Source: an uncultured Acidimicrobiales bacterium (GTDB taxonomy: Bacteria; Actinomycetota; Acidimicrobiia; Acidimicrobiales; VFJN01). From it: a stretch of DNA of 64,000 nt. Within the stretch, counting starts at the first letter, position 1, and every line of letters begins with the position of its first letter. Below the pieces are notes generated by a model that worked only from the letters and a program-made list of their open reading frames with translations, was not told the origin of the DNA and ran no database searches. Below are positions 1 through 8,525 of this stretch, in pieces. The translations under genes and the position numbers were made by a program. The DNA lies in the NCBI GenBank assembly GCA_963735375.1, contig CAVTKS010000007.1, forward strand, positions 333,585 through 397,584, read 5' to 3'.

Positions 1-5
1 CATCC

Positions 6-1283
6 TCAGCGACGACCTCGGCCTCTTCCGGCGACGTGTCCTCGGGTGAGGCGATGACCTCCTCGGCAACCACCGCACCACCGCCGGTCGTCTCCGCCGC
101 GGCCACTTCCGTGGGCACGCCTTCGGGCGTCTCCGACACCGCGACCCTCGGGCGTCTCCGACACCGCGCCCTCGGGCGTCTCCGACACCGCGGCCTCCCA
201 GTCCTCGGCGGACATGGCAGGGCCGCCCTCGGCGGGCTGCCACACCTGCTCGCCGGTCTCGGCGTCGACCACCCACTCGCCCTCGGCCCAGTCCTGCTGA
301 CCGTAGGCCTCTTCCTCGACGAGCTGGGTCTCGCTCTTGATGTCGACGCGCCAGCCCGTCAGCCGGGCCGACAGCCGGGCGTTCTGGCCCTCTTTCCCGA
401 TCGCCAACGACAGCTGGTAGTCGGGGACGATGACCTCGGCGACGCCGGTCTCCTCGTTGATGCGGACCTCTTTGACCTTGGCCGGCGACAGCGCCTTGGC
501 GACGAACTCGTAGGGGTCGTCGTTGAAGGGGACGATGTCGATCTTCTCGCCGCGCAGCTCGTTGACCACCTGGCGGACGCGTGCGCCCCGGGCGCCGACG
601 CACGCACCCACGGGGTCGACGTTGTTGTCGTTCGACCAGACGGCGATCTTCGTGCGGTGCCCTGGCTCGCGGGCGCAGGCCTTGATCTCGACCACGCCGT
701 CGGCGATCTCGGGCACCTCGAGCTTGAACAGCTCGAGGACGAGGCCGGGGTGCGTGCGTGACACGACGATCTGCGGGCCCTTGGAGGTGCGCCGCACCTC
801 GACGATGTAGGCCTTGAGCCGGGTGTTGGCCTCGGGCCGCTCGTGGGGCACCTGCTCGGCCTGGGGAAGCAGGGCCTCGACCGGGCCCAGGCTGAGGAGC
901 GTGTAGCGGCTGTCGCCCTGCTGGACGGTGCCCGTCACGATGTCGCCCTCGCGGCCCGCGTACTCCTCGTAGCGGAGCTCTCGCTCGGCTTCGCGGATGC
1001 GCTGGGTCATGACCTGACGAGCCGTCTGGGCGGCGATGCGACCGAAGTCCTTGGGCGTCGCGTCGAGCTCGGGACCGTAGGGCTCGCCGTCTTCGTCGAT
1101 CTCCTGCGCGTACACGCGGATGTCGAAGTTGGTGGGGTCGATCGTCACCCAGGCGTACTCGTGGGCACCCGGCATGCGCTTGTAGGCCGACTCGAGCGCA
1201 TCGGCCAAGGCCGCCATAAGGGTGTCGACCGAGATGCCCTTCTCTGCGGCGAGCGCCTGAAGCGCCTCCATCATCTCGCTCAT
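6..1283 (-). CDS. nusA: Transcription termination/antitermination factor NusA (frame of the C-terminal tail is uncertain)
   Basis: Lies in ORF 6..1382. Conserved NusA sequence begins [22 protein letters not shown] at ATG 1283, which forms an ATGA overlap with the rimP stop. S1/KH-like core is present ([38 protein letters not shown]). The tail contains a 25/24/24-nt repeat that changes frame (see findings). Confidence 0.9.
   Translation of the reverse strand: MSEMMEALQALAAEKGISVDTLMAALADALESAYKRMPGAHEYAWVTIDPTNFDIRVYAQEIDEDGEPYGPELDATPKDFGRIAAQTARQVMTQRIREAERELRYEEYAGREGDIVTGTVQQGDSRYTLLSLGPVEALLPQAEQVPHERPEANTRLKAYIVEVRRTSKGPQIVVSRTHPGLVLELFKLEVPEIADGVVEIKACAREPGHRTKIAVWSNDNNVDPVGACVGARGARVRQVVNELRGEKIDIVPFNDDPYEFVAKALSPAKVKEVRINEETGVAEVIVPDYQLSLAIGKEGQNARLSARLTGWRVDIKSETQLVEEEAYGQQDWAEGEWVVDAETGEQVWQPAEGGPAMSAEDWEAAVSETPEGAVSETPEGRGVGDARRRAHGSGRGGDDRRWCGGCRGGHRLTRGHVAGRGRGRR
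123..195. repeat. Three tandem units tcgggcgtctccgacaccgcg(a)ccc inside the nusA 3' end
   Basis: Units start at 123, 148 and 172, giving spacings of 25 then 24 nt. On the minus strand they encode AVSETPEG repeats. Confidence 0.9.
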
Positions 1284-1846
1284 GACCTGTGTTCCCTCTT
1301 CTCGTTGCTCGTGCCCTGGGTGCGCGGAGCCGGCGTCTGCTGCGTCCGGCGCGACTTGCCCGGCTTGTCGCCCGGTCCCCACTCGAAGACCGTGCGCGCC
1401 CGTTCGATGTCGGCGTACGCGAGGCGGCGCTCGACCGGCGTGCCGTCGTCGTCGACGCCCGTGCGCACGGTGATGCCGTCGTCGTCGGCAGCGCTGAGTA
1501 CGCCCGTAACGCGACGATCGTCGGACGAGTCTGCGGTGGCGCCTGCGACGGCCTTGACCTTGACGGTCTCGCCCACCGCCCGCGCGAAGTGCTGGGGCGT
1601 GCGGAGGACGCGCTCGAGGCCGGGGCTGGTGACCTCGAGGGTGTAGGCGCCGGCAATGGGGTCGGCCTCGTCGAGGGCGTGCGACATGGCGCGGGTGGCC
1701 TTGGCCAGCACGTCGAGGTCGAGGCCACCCGGCCGGTCGACGACGACCTTGAGCACCGGCCCGGACACCTCGAGGTCGTACAGCTCGATGTCGCGCTCGG
1801 CGAGGAGGGGCAGCACCAGATCACGGACACGGTCGGGCACGGTCAT
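1280..1846 (-). CDS. rimP: Ribosome maturation factor RimP
   Basis: Protein reads MTVPDRVRDLVLPLLAERDIELYDLEVSG...YTLEVTSPGLERVLRTPQHF. The ATG at 1846 was verified. It sits upstream of nusA as in most bacteria. Confidence 0.85.
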   Translation of the reverse strand: MTVPDRVRDLVLPLLAERDIELYDLEVSGPVLKVVVDRPGGLDLDVLAKATRAMSHALDEADPIAGAYTLEVTSPGLERVLRTPQHFARAVGETVKVKAVAGATADSSDDRRVTGVLSAADDDGITVRTGVDDDGTPVERRLAYADIERARTVFEWGPGDKPGKSRRTQQTPAPRTQGTSNEKREHRS

Positions 1847-1998
1847 CAGCTGCACACCTCCTTTCTTCATACGAAAGGCGTGGGCCAAAGCCCACGCCTT
1901 CGCTCGAAACTCTCGAACGGGGACGACATCCAATCCGAACGAAACGGACGCTGGAGTATAGCGGGGCAACGGCCGTCACGGACCGTGGCATACCGCAC

Positions 1999-3405
1999 TC
2001 AATAGGATCGCGCCACCACCGCGACCAGATCGCCGTCGTCGTCGGACGCCGGGAGCCCCCCGTCCGGGGTCATCAGGCACCTCACGGTGATGCCCTTGCC
2101 CGCCAGCTGCGCCTCGCCGTCGCCCCGCACGAGGTGCCAGGGCAGCCGGGCGAACCCGGTCTGGGCGGCCGTGGCCGCGTCCTCGATCGTGGCCACCTCT
2201 GCCGTCGCGGCGTCGCGCCGCTCGACGGCGCGGGCGAGGAGCTCGGCCTGGATCTGCTCGACCAGCGCGGCGACGCGTGCCGCGGCCTGGGTCACCGCCA
2301 CCTGCTCCTTGTCGCCGGTATCGCGACGGACGACCGTGACGTTGCCCTCGGCCAGGTCACGGGGGCCGACCTCGACCCGGATCGGGACACCCTTCAGCTC
2401 CCAGTCCGTGGCCCGGCGACCGAAGCTGGTCGCCACCTTGGCGTCGAGCCGCACCCGCACGCCGGCGCCCCCGATCTCGTCGGCCAGCGCGGCAGCCTGC
2501 TCGCCGGCCCCGTCGCCGTCCTTGACCAGCAGCACGATGGTCTGGATGGGAGCGAGGCGCGGCGGCACCACGATGCCGCGGTCGTCGCCGTGGGTCATGA
2601 TCAGGCCACCGATCATGCGCGTGGTCGAGCCCCACGACGTGGTCCAGCAGTACTGGGTGACACCCTCGGCGTCGAGGTAGTCGATGTCGAAGGCCTTGGC
2701 GAAGTTCTGGCCGAGCTCGTGGCTGGTGCCCATCTGGAGGGCCTTGCAGTCGCGCATCATGGCCTCACACGTCATGGTGTTGATGGCACCGGCGAAGCGC
2801 TCGGCCGGCGTCTTGTGCCCCACCAGCACCGGCATGGCCAGCACGTTGACCATGAAGTCCTCGTACACGTCCCGCAGGATGCGCGTCGCGTACGCGGCGG
2901 CGTCCTCGCGGGTGGCGTGCGCTGTGTGGCCCTCCTGCCAGAGGAACTCGGTGGTGCGCAGGAAGAGCCGGGGCCGCAGCTCCCACCGCACGACGTTGTT
3001 CCAGCTGTTCAGCAGCAGCGGCAGGTCGCGGTAGCTCTGCACCCACTTGCCCATGTACTCCCCGATGACCGTCTCGCTGGTGGGGCGCACCACGATGGGC
3101 TCGTCGAGCGGCTTGCCCCCGGCGTGGGTGACGACGGCCAGCTCGGGGCTGAAGCCCTCGACGTGCTCGGCCTCGCGGCTGAGGTAGCTCTCGGGGATGA
3201 AGAGCGGGAAGTACGCGTTCTCCGCGCCGGCCGCCTTGATGCGGTCGTCGACCTCCGACTGGATGCGCTCCCAGATCGAGTAGCCGTACGGCCGGATGAC
3301 CATCGTGCCGCGCACCGGGCCGTTCTCGGCCAGCTGCGCCTTGGACAGCACGTCCTGGTACCACCGGGGGAAGTCGTCGGCCTGCGCCGTGAGCACCTTC
3401 GCCAT
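1999..3405 (-). CDS. proS: Prolyl-tRNA synthetase, short archaeal/eukaryote-like type
   Basis: Protein reads MAKVLTAQADDFPRWYQDVLSKAQLAENGPVRGTMVIRPYGYSIWE... It is 468 aa, has no insertion/editing domain and ends in the conserved C-terminal Tyr (VVARSY). The ATG at 3405 is in frame with ORF 1999..4200. Confidence 0.9.
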   Translation of the reverse strand: MAKVLTAQADDFPRWYQDVLSKAQLAENGPVRGTMVIRPYGYSIWERIQSEVDDRIKAAGAENAYFPLFIPESYLSREAEHVEGFSPELAVVTHAGGKPLDEPIVVRPTSETVIGEYMGKWVQSYRDLPLLLNSWNNVVRWELRPRLFLRTTEFLWQEGHTAHATREDAAAYATRILRDVYEDFMVNVLAMPVLVGHKTPAERFAGAINTMTCEAMMRDCKALQMGTSHELGQNFAKAFDIDYLDAEGVTQYCWTTSWGSTTRMIGGLIMTHGDDRGIVVPPRLAPIQTIVLLVKDGDGAGEQAAALADEIGGAGVRVRLDAKVATSFGRRATDWELKGVPIRVEVGPRDLAEGNVTVVRRDTGDKEQVAVTQAAARVAALVEQIQAELLARAVERRDAATAEVATIEDAATAAQTGFARLPWHLVRGDGEAQLAGKGITVRCLMTPDGGLPASDDDGDLVAVVARSY

Positions 3406-3493
3406 AGGGGTCGGATCGTACTGGTCGGAGGCGGCGCGGCTGGCAGGCGTAAACGCCCCGCGGCCGTCGGGGGCCGCGCCGGTCGGGCCCGAG

Positions 3494-4207
3494 CTACTGC
3501 TCGATCGGGCCGATGACAGCGTTGCCGACGGCCTCGAGGCCGTCGTCGAGCTCGTACGTGACGACCGCCTGCTCGGTCGGGCAGCAATGCGGCGTGCCGG
3601 CGGCGTAGCGCGTGAACGTGACCGCGAGCTCGGAGCCGTCGACCTCGATGTCGCGCACCGCGGGCGGGAACTCGCTGTCGTCGGCCACGTCGTCGGGCGC
3701 GCCGGTGATCGTGGCGACCAGCTTGGGGACCCGGACGTTGACCGTCCACACCTGGACCGAGTGCTGGGCGCCGTTGGCGCCGTAGTTGCACACGGCGTGG
3801 ACCACGGCCTCGTCGGCCCCGTCGCCGTCGAGGTCGGCGTAGAGCACGTCGCCGTCGACCTCGAGCCGCGTGAACGACGGCTCGTCGAGGAGCAGGCTCT
3901 CGCCGTGTTCGACCTGGATGAGCCGCGGCGCGTCCGGCAGCGCCTCGGTGCAGCCACCGCCGGGCTGGGCCACGGTCGTGAAGTCGATCGAACGGACGAT
4001 CTCGGACGGTGTCTCGTCGCGGGCGTCGGCCGCGGCGGGGCGGGTCGGCTGGGCATCGCTGGCGAGCGCGACGAGGGCGGCCATGACGCCGAGGCCGGCG
4101 AGGGCGAGGCGGGAGTTGTGGGAGCGGGAGTGGGTGCGCACGACCGGCGGACGGTACCCACCGTCGTGTGACGGTTTCGTTGCGTCGGGGTTCCGATCAC
4201 GAGGCAC
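3494..4207 (-). CDS. Hypothetical secreted protein
   Basis: ORF of 237 aa. A signal-peptide-like stretch is present (RLALAGLGVMAALVALASDAQ) and the protein-like composition continues to the stop. The start is uncertain: GTG 4207, or GTG 4141 giving VRTHSRSHNSRLALAG. Confidence 0.6.
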   Translation of the reverse strand: MPRDRNPDATKPSHDGGYRPPVVRTHSRSHNSRLALAGLGVMAALVALASDAQPTRPAAADARDETPSEIVRSIDFTTVAQPGGGCTEALPDAPRLIQVEHGESLLLDEPSFTRLEVDGDVLYADLDGDGADEAVVHAVCNYGANGAQHSVQVWTVNVRVPKLVATITGAPDDVADDSEFPPAVRDIEVDGSELAVTFTRYAAGTPHCCPTEQAVVTYELDDGLEAVGNAVIGPIEQ

Positions 4208-4245
4208 TGTCGACCGCCCTTCGGGCTCGCTCGAACCTCGCCAGA

Positions 4246-4301
4246 CTAGTGCCCAGCTCCGACCCGGTGAGCACGCATTGCGGCTAGTGCCAGGGCACTA
4301 G
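4246..4301. repeat. Cluster of three CTAG-GTGCC termini, including the hairpin CTAGTGCC-AG-GGCACTAG
   Basis: CTAGTGCCC at 4246, CTAGTGCC at 4284, GGCACTAG at 4294-4301. The last CTA (4298-4300) is the TAG stop of the small membrane-protein gene. The termini match those of the 46603-46770 element. Confidence 0.7.
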
Positions 4302-4495
4302 TCGCGGCGTCCGGGCAGCCCGACGAGCACGATCCACGCCACCACCGCGAACAGGGCGATGAACAGGACCGATCGGATGATCGAGTAGACGAACCCGACG
4401 ACCCAACCGAAGACGATCCAGGCGACCAGCAGCAGGACGATGCCCACCACGACTCGGGTGGTGAGGCTCTTACTGGGTGCCGCCGGCCGGGACAT
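4298..4495 (-). CDS. Small membrane protein with two predicted TM helices
   Basis: 65 aa: MSRPAAPSKSLTTRVVVGIVLLLVAWIVFGWVVGFVYSIIRSVLFIALFAVVAWIVLVGLPGRRD. It fills the gap between ispG and the secreted-protein gene. Confidence 0.55.
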   Translation of the reverse strand: MSRPAAPSKSLTTRVVVGIVLLLVAWIVFGWVVGFVYSIIRSVLFIALFAVVAWIVLVGLPGRRD

Positions 4496-4600
4496 GTTGG
4501 CAAGCGTACGACCACGGACGCCCCCCGCGATGTCGCGGCGCGCGGATCGTCACAATCGGCGACCGGGCGAGGCGCGCCGGTGGCCTGCGCGCCCGGGAGG

Positions 4601-5830
4601 TCAGAGCTTGCGGATGACCTCGACACGCTGCTCGCTGCGGTTGGCGTCGGCGCCCTGCTCGTCGAGCAGCTCGGCCCTGTCCCGCTCGGCCGCCCGCCGC
4701 GCCGCGTCGCTGGTGGACCTGGCCCGATCGAGCGCGGCGTCGATGCCGTGCTCGTCGATATAGGTGGCCCACTCGACGAGCGCGTCGACCATCTCGTCCT
4801 CGGGTACGACCGCCACGTTCTGGCCGCGCACGAAGAGATGGCCCTTGTTCTTGCCGGCGGCGATGCCGATGTCGGCGTCGCGGGCCTCGCCCGGGCCGTT
4901 CACCACACAACCCATGACCGCGACCTGCAGCGGGATCTGCTTGTCGCCGAACGCGTCCTGCGCCTGGCGCGCCACCTCGATGACATCGATCTCGGCCCGC
5001 CCGCACGACGGGCAGGCGATGAGGTCCACGTTCTTGCGCTCGCGCAGGCCCATCGCCTCCAGCAGCGCCCGGCCGGCGCGGGCCTCTTCGACCGGGTCGG
5101 CGGTCAGGCTGTAGCGGATCGTGTCGCCGATGCCCTCGGCCAGCAGGGTGGCGACGCCGGCGGTCGCCTTGATGACGCCGCCGGGCGGCGGCCCGGCCTC
5201 GGTGACGCCCAGGTGCAGCGGGTGGTCGACGGCGTCCGAGAGCTGCCGGTAGGCCTCGATCATCAGCGGCACGGACGAGGCCTTGACCGAGATCTTCACA
5301 TCCTCGAAGCCCACCTCGTCGAAGAACGCCAGCTCCATCTGGGCCGACTCGACCATGGCCTCGGGCGTGACCTTGCCGCCGTACTTCTTGTACAGGTCGG
5401 GGTGCAGAGAGCCGCCGTTGACGCCGATGCGGATGGGGACGCCCCGGTCCTTGGCCTCCTGCGCCACCAGCTTGATGTGCTCGGGGCGGCGGATGTTGCC
5501 GGGGTTGAGCCGCAGGCAGTGGACACCCGCCTCGAGGGCGGCGAGGGCCATGCGGTACTGGTGGTGGATGTCGGCCACGATCGGCACCGGCGAGCGCGGC
5601 ACGATGCGGGCCAGGCCCTCGGCGGCCTCGACCTCGTTGCACGTGCAGCGCACGATGTCGCAGCCGGCCATCGCGAGGTCGTAGATCTGCTGCAGCGTGC
5701 CGTCGACGTCGGCCGTCTTGGTGGTGGTCATCGACTGCACCGTCACCGGTGCGTCGCCGCCGACGGCGACGTCGCCCACCATGATCTGGCGGGTCTTGCG
5801 GCGGGGGTACGAGGACTGTCCGAGCTCCAT
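4601..5830 (-). CDS. ispG: 4-hydroxy-3-methylbut-2-en-1-yl diphosphate synthase (IspG/GcpE)
   Basis: Protein reads VGDVAVGGDAPVTVQSMTTTKTADVDGTLQQI...LIACPSCGRAEIDV...AVMGCVVNGPGEA. This is a typical GcpE. Confidence 0.93.
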   Translation of the reverse strand: MELGQSSYPRRKTRQIMVGDVAVGGDAPVTVQSMTTTKTADVDGTLQQIYDLAMAGCDIVRCTCNEVEAAEGLARIVPRSPVPIVADIHHQYRMALAALEAGVHCLRLNPGNIRRPEHIKLVAQEAKDRGVPIRIGVNGGSLHPDLYKKYGGKVTPEAMVESAQMELAFFDEVGFEDVKISVKASSVPLMIEAYRQLSDAVDHPLHLGVTEAGPPPGGVIKATAGVATLLAEGIGDTIRYSLTADPVEEARAGRALLEAMGLRERKNVDLIACPSCGRAEIDVIEVARQAQDAFGDKQIPLQVAVMGCVVNGPGEARDADIGIAAGKNKGHLFVRGQNVAVVPEDEMVDALVEWATYIDEHGIDAALDRARSTSDAARRAAERDRAELLDEQGADANRSEQRVEVIRKL

Positions 5831-5835
5831 CGGCG

Positions 5836-7089
5836 TCAGATGTCGATCGGGTTGACGATGTCGAGGTACAGGCTGGTCACGCCGAGCAGGACCAGGCCCA
5901 TGACCACGGCATAGGTGAGCGGCAGCAGCTTGGCCACGTCCGCGTGGTAGCGCGACCCGCCACGCGAACGCACACGCTCGTAGATCGCCACCGCCGCATG
6001 ACCGCCGTCGAGAGGCGGCAGCGGGACCATGTTGAAGATGCCGATGAACACGTTGATCTGGAAGAAGAACAGCAGCAGGAACGCCAGACCGCCGATCTCG
6101 GCCCCCTGGCCCGCCAGCCGCACCGCACCGAAGATCGACAGCATGCGGTTCTCGGCGCCGTCGCTCTGATTGCTCGACGACGACCCGCCGGACGACGCGA
6201 CGGGCTCGTCGTTGGCCCGGCTGACGTTGTCGGCGTAGTCGGTCAGGCCGTCCGGGCTGAAGAAGCCGGTGAGGGCCCCGACGCTGTCACCCATGAAGCC
6301 CACCATCTCGCCCGGCGCCCGCACGAGCGCGGTACCCAGGCCGATCGGGTCGTCGGGCCGCAAGGCGGCGGTGCCGACGCCGAGGAACGCCGAGCCCTCG
6401 CGGCCTCCGGGAATGTCGGCCGGGCGGGATCCCAGCTCGGCCTCGACCGTGCGGACGTCGCCGTCACGCTCGACGGCGAACGTCACCGTGTCGCCCACCT
6501 CGTAGCCGGTGATCGCGTCGGCGAACGAGTCGAACTCGCCGGCGGCGCCGCCGTCGACAGAGATGATCTTGTCGCCGTTCTCGAGCCCGGCCTCGGCGGC
6601 GGCGCTGCCCTCCGTGACGCTCGTGACCTCCCATTCGGAGATGTCACCCGACGGATCGGTCACGCTGCGGCCCGGCACTCCGATCACACCGAGTGCGACG
6701 ACGAGCAGCACGAACGCCTGCAGGAAGTGCATGATCGACCCGGCCGACACCACGAGCAGGCGCTTCGGGAACGACTGCTGGCGATAGGTGCGGGGCTCGT
6801 CCGCCGGGTCCGCCTCGTCGAGGTTGTTCATGCCGACGATGCGCACGTACGCGCCTGCGGGGATGACCTTGAGCCCGTACTCGGTCTCGCCGCGCTGGAA
6901 CGACCAGATGCGCGGCCCGAAGCCGATGAAGAACTCGGTGACCTTCATGCCCGACCACTTGGCCGTGGCGAAGTGACCCAGCTCGTGGAGGAAGATCATG
7001 AGGACCACGCCGAGCACGATGCCGACGTAGAGCCAGCTCGCGAGCAACCCCAGCGCGACGACGGAGGCAACGAGCAACGCGAGCCGCAA
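5836..7089 (-). CDS. Site-2 (M50) zinc metalloprotease, RseP/Rip1-like
   Basis: HELGHF motif in TM1, a PDZ-like middle region and a C-terminal NMVPLPPLDGG motif. The first canonical start in this frame is TTG 7089. A different frame carries an ATG coupled to the dxr stop at 7210 (see findings). Confidence 0.85.
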   Translation of the reverse strand: MRLALLVASVVALGLLASWLYVGIVLGVVLMIFLHELGHFATAKWSGMKVTEFFIGFGPRIWSFQRGETEYGLKVIPAGAYVRIVGMNNLDEADPADEPRTYRQQSFPKRLLVVSAGSIMHFLQAFVLLVVALGVIGVPGRSVTDPSGDISEWEVTSVTEGSAAAEAGLENGDKIISVDGGAAGEFDSFADAITGYEVGDTVTFAVERDGDVRTVEAELGSRPADIPGGREGSAFLGVGTAALRPDDPIGLGTALVRAPGEMVGFMGDSVGALTGFFSPDGLTDYADNVSRANDEPVASSGGSSSSNQSDGAENRMLSIFGAVRLAGQGAEIGGLAFLLLFFFQINVFIGIFNMVPLPPLDGGHAAVAIYERVRSRGGSRYHADVAKLLPLTYAVVMGLVLLGVTSLYLDIVNPIDI

Positions 7090-7206
7090 CCCGCCCGTCT
7101 CGTAGCTGACCGGCTCGTCGCTGCCGGGCCCCGCCGCGGGCGGTGCGACGTGAGTCGTCCGAGGGCGCGCCCGAGGTGTCGGCCTGGTCGGGGCGGCGCA
7201 TGTCGG

Positions 7207-8388
7207 TCATTCAGCGATCCTCTCGATCTCGCGTCGGGCCGCAGCGCGGCCCCGGCGATCGGCATCGATCACGGCGTCGACCCCGTCGGCACGCCCTCCA
7301 TCATGCCGGTCGAGAACCGCTTTGAGGACGTCGGGGATGGTCACCCACGCGATCCGGCCCGCGAGGAAGGCGCCCACCGCCTCCTCGTTGGCCGCGTTCA
7401 GGACCGCCGGGGCCAGCTCACCGGCCCGGCCGGCCTGGTACGCCAGGCCCAGGCACGGGAACGCCTCATGGTCCGGTGGCTCGAACTCGAGCGGGCCGCA
7501 CGCGGCCCAGTCGATGCGCCCGAAGGGGGTGGCGATGCGGTCGGGCCACGCCAGCGCGTAGCCGATGGGCAGGCGCATGTCGGGTTGGGAGAGCTGGGCG
7601 ATGGTGGAGCCGTCGCTCATCTCCACCATCGAGTGCACGATCGACTGCGGGTGGACCACCACCTCGATGCGGTCGTAGCCGATCCCGTGGGCGTCGCCGA
7701 ACAGCTCGTGGGCCTCGATGACCTCGAGGCCCTTGTTCATGAGCGTGGAGGAGTCGACGGTGATCTTGGGGCCCATCGACCACGTCGGGTGGGCCAGAGC
7801 GTCCGCGACCGTGACCTGGGCGAGCTCGGCGCGGGTGCGCCCGCGGAACGGGCCACCGCTGGCGGTGAGCACGATGCGGGACACACGGCCAGGGTCGCCG
7901 GTGGCGTTGGCAGCCAGGCACTGATGCACGGCACCGTGCTCGGAGTCGACCGGCACGATGTGGCCCGCACCCGCCTGGGCGAGCGTGGCCCGCACCACCG
8001 GGCCGCCGGCGATGAGCGACTCCTTGTTGGCCAGCGCCAACCGCTTGCCGGCCGCCAGCGTGGCCAGCGTGAGGCGCAGGCCCGCGAAGCCGACGACGCC
8101 GTTGACGCACACATCGGCCACGGTGCCCATCTGGGCCAGGGCTCGGGGGCCGGCATGGACCTCGGTGCCCGGAGGAACGCCGTCGGCCACCTCTGTCGCC
8201 CGCCGCTCGTCGCCGATCACCACGAGCTTGGGGTGCAGGTCACGGGCCTGGGCGATCAGCACGTCGGCCGATGACCATGCGCCCAGCGCCACGACCTCGA
8301 ACCGGTCACCCTCGGCCTGCACCACGTCGATGGTCTGGGTGCCGATCGACCCGGTCGAACCCGCGATGGCGACGGTCGTCACGGCCAC
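7207..8388 (-). CDS. dxr: 1-deoxy-D-xylulose 5-phosphate reductoisomerase
   Basis: Protein reads VAIAGSTGSIGTQTIDVV...LANKESLIAGGP...VDSEHGAVHQCL...TVDSSTLMNKGLEVIEAH. Confidence 0.93.
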   Translation of the reverse strand: MAVTTVAIAGSTGSIGTQTIDVVQAEGDRFEVVALGAWSSADVLIAQARDLHPKLVVIGDERRATEVADGVPPGTEVHAGPRALAQMGTVADVCVNGVVGFAGLRLTLATLAAGKRLALANKESLIAGGPVVRATLAQAGAGHIVPVDSEHGAVHQCLAANATGDPGRVSRIVLTASGGPFRGRTRAELAQVTVADALAHPTWSMGPKITVDSSTLMNKGLEVIEAHELFGDAHGIGYDRIEVVVHPQSIVHSMVEMSDGSTIAQLSQPDMRLPIGYALAWPDRIATPFGRIDWAACGPLEFEPPDHEAFPCLGLAYQAGRAGELAPAVLNAANEEAVGAFLAGRIAWVTIPDVLKAVLDRHDGGRADGVDAVIDADRRGRAAARREIERIAE

Positions 8389-8525
8389 GGCGCCAGGGTA
8401 CCCGTCGACCCCGCGGAGCCCGGCGTCGGGGGTGTTGACGTCACGGGCCGTCCATGGCGTCGCCGTACGTCGCCGACGCGACGACCAGCGCAGCGCCGCC
8501 CCAGCTCGTTCTCGTCACTTGGGCG

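Noticed and set aside
1999-4200. 733-aa ORF suggesting a ProS with a 265-aa N-terminal extension.
   Set aside because: The extension is P/R/S/T-rich nonsense. It overlaps a real secreted-protein gene (3494..4207) in another frame. The conserved ProRS sequence starts at ATG 3405.
5944-8274. Very long alternative-frame or antisense ORFs in the track, for example 5944..8274(+), 13707..16082(+), 23569..26508(+), 31164..33272(-), 37157..39886(+), 40766..43393(+), 49825..52434(+), 53039..55051(-).
   Set aside because: They are rich in Arg/Ala/Gly/Pro/His and lack recognisable domains. Each lies opposite to, or out of frame with, a clearly homologous gene. Long spurious ORFs are expected at this GC content because stop codons are rare.
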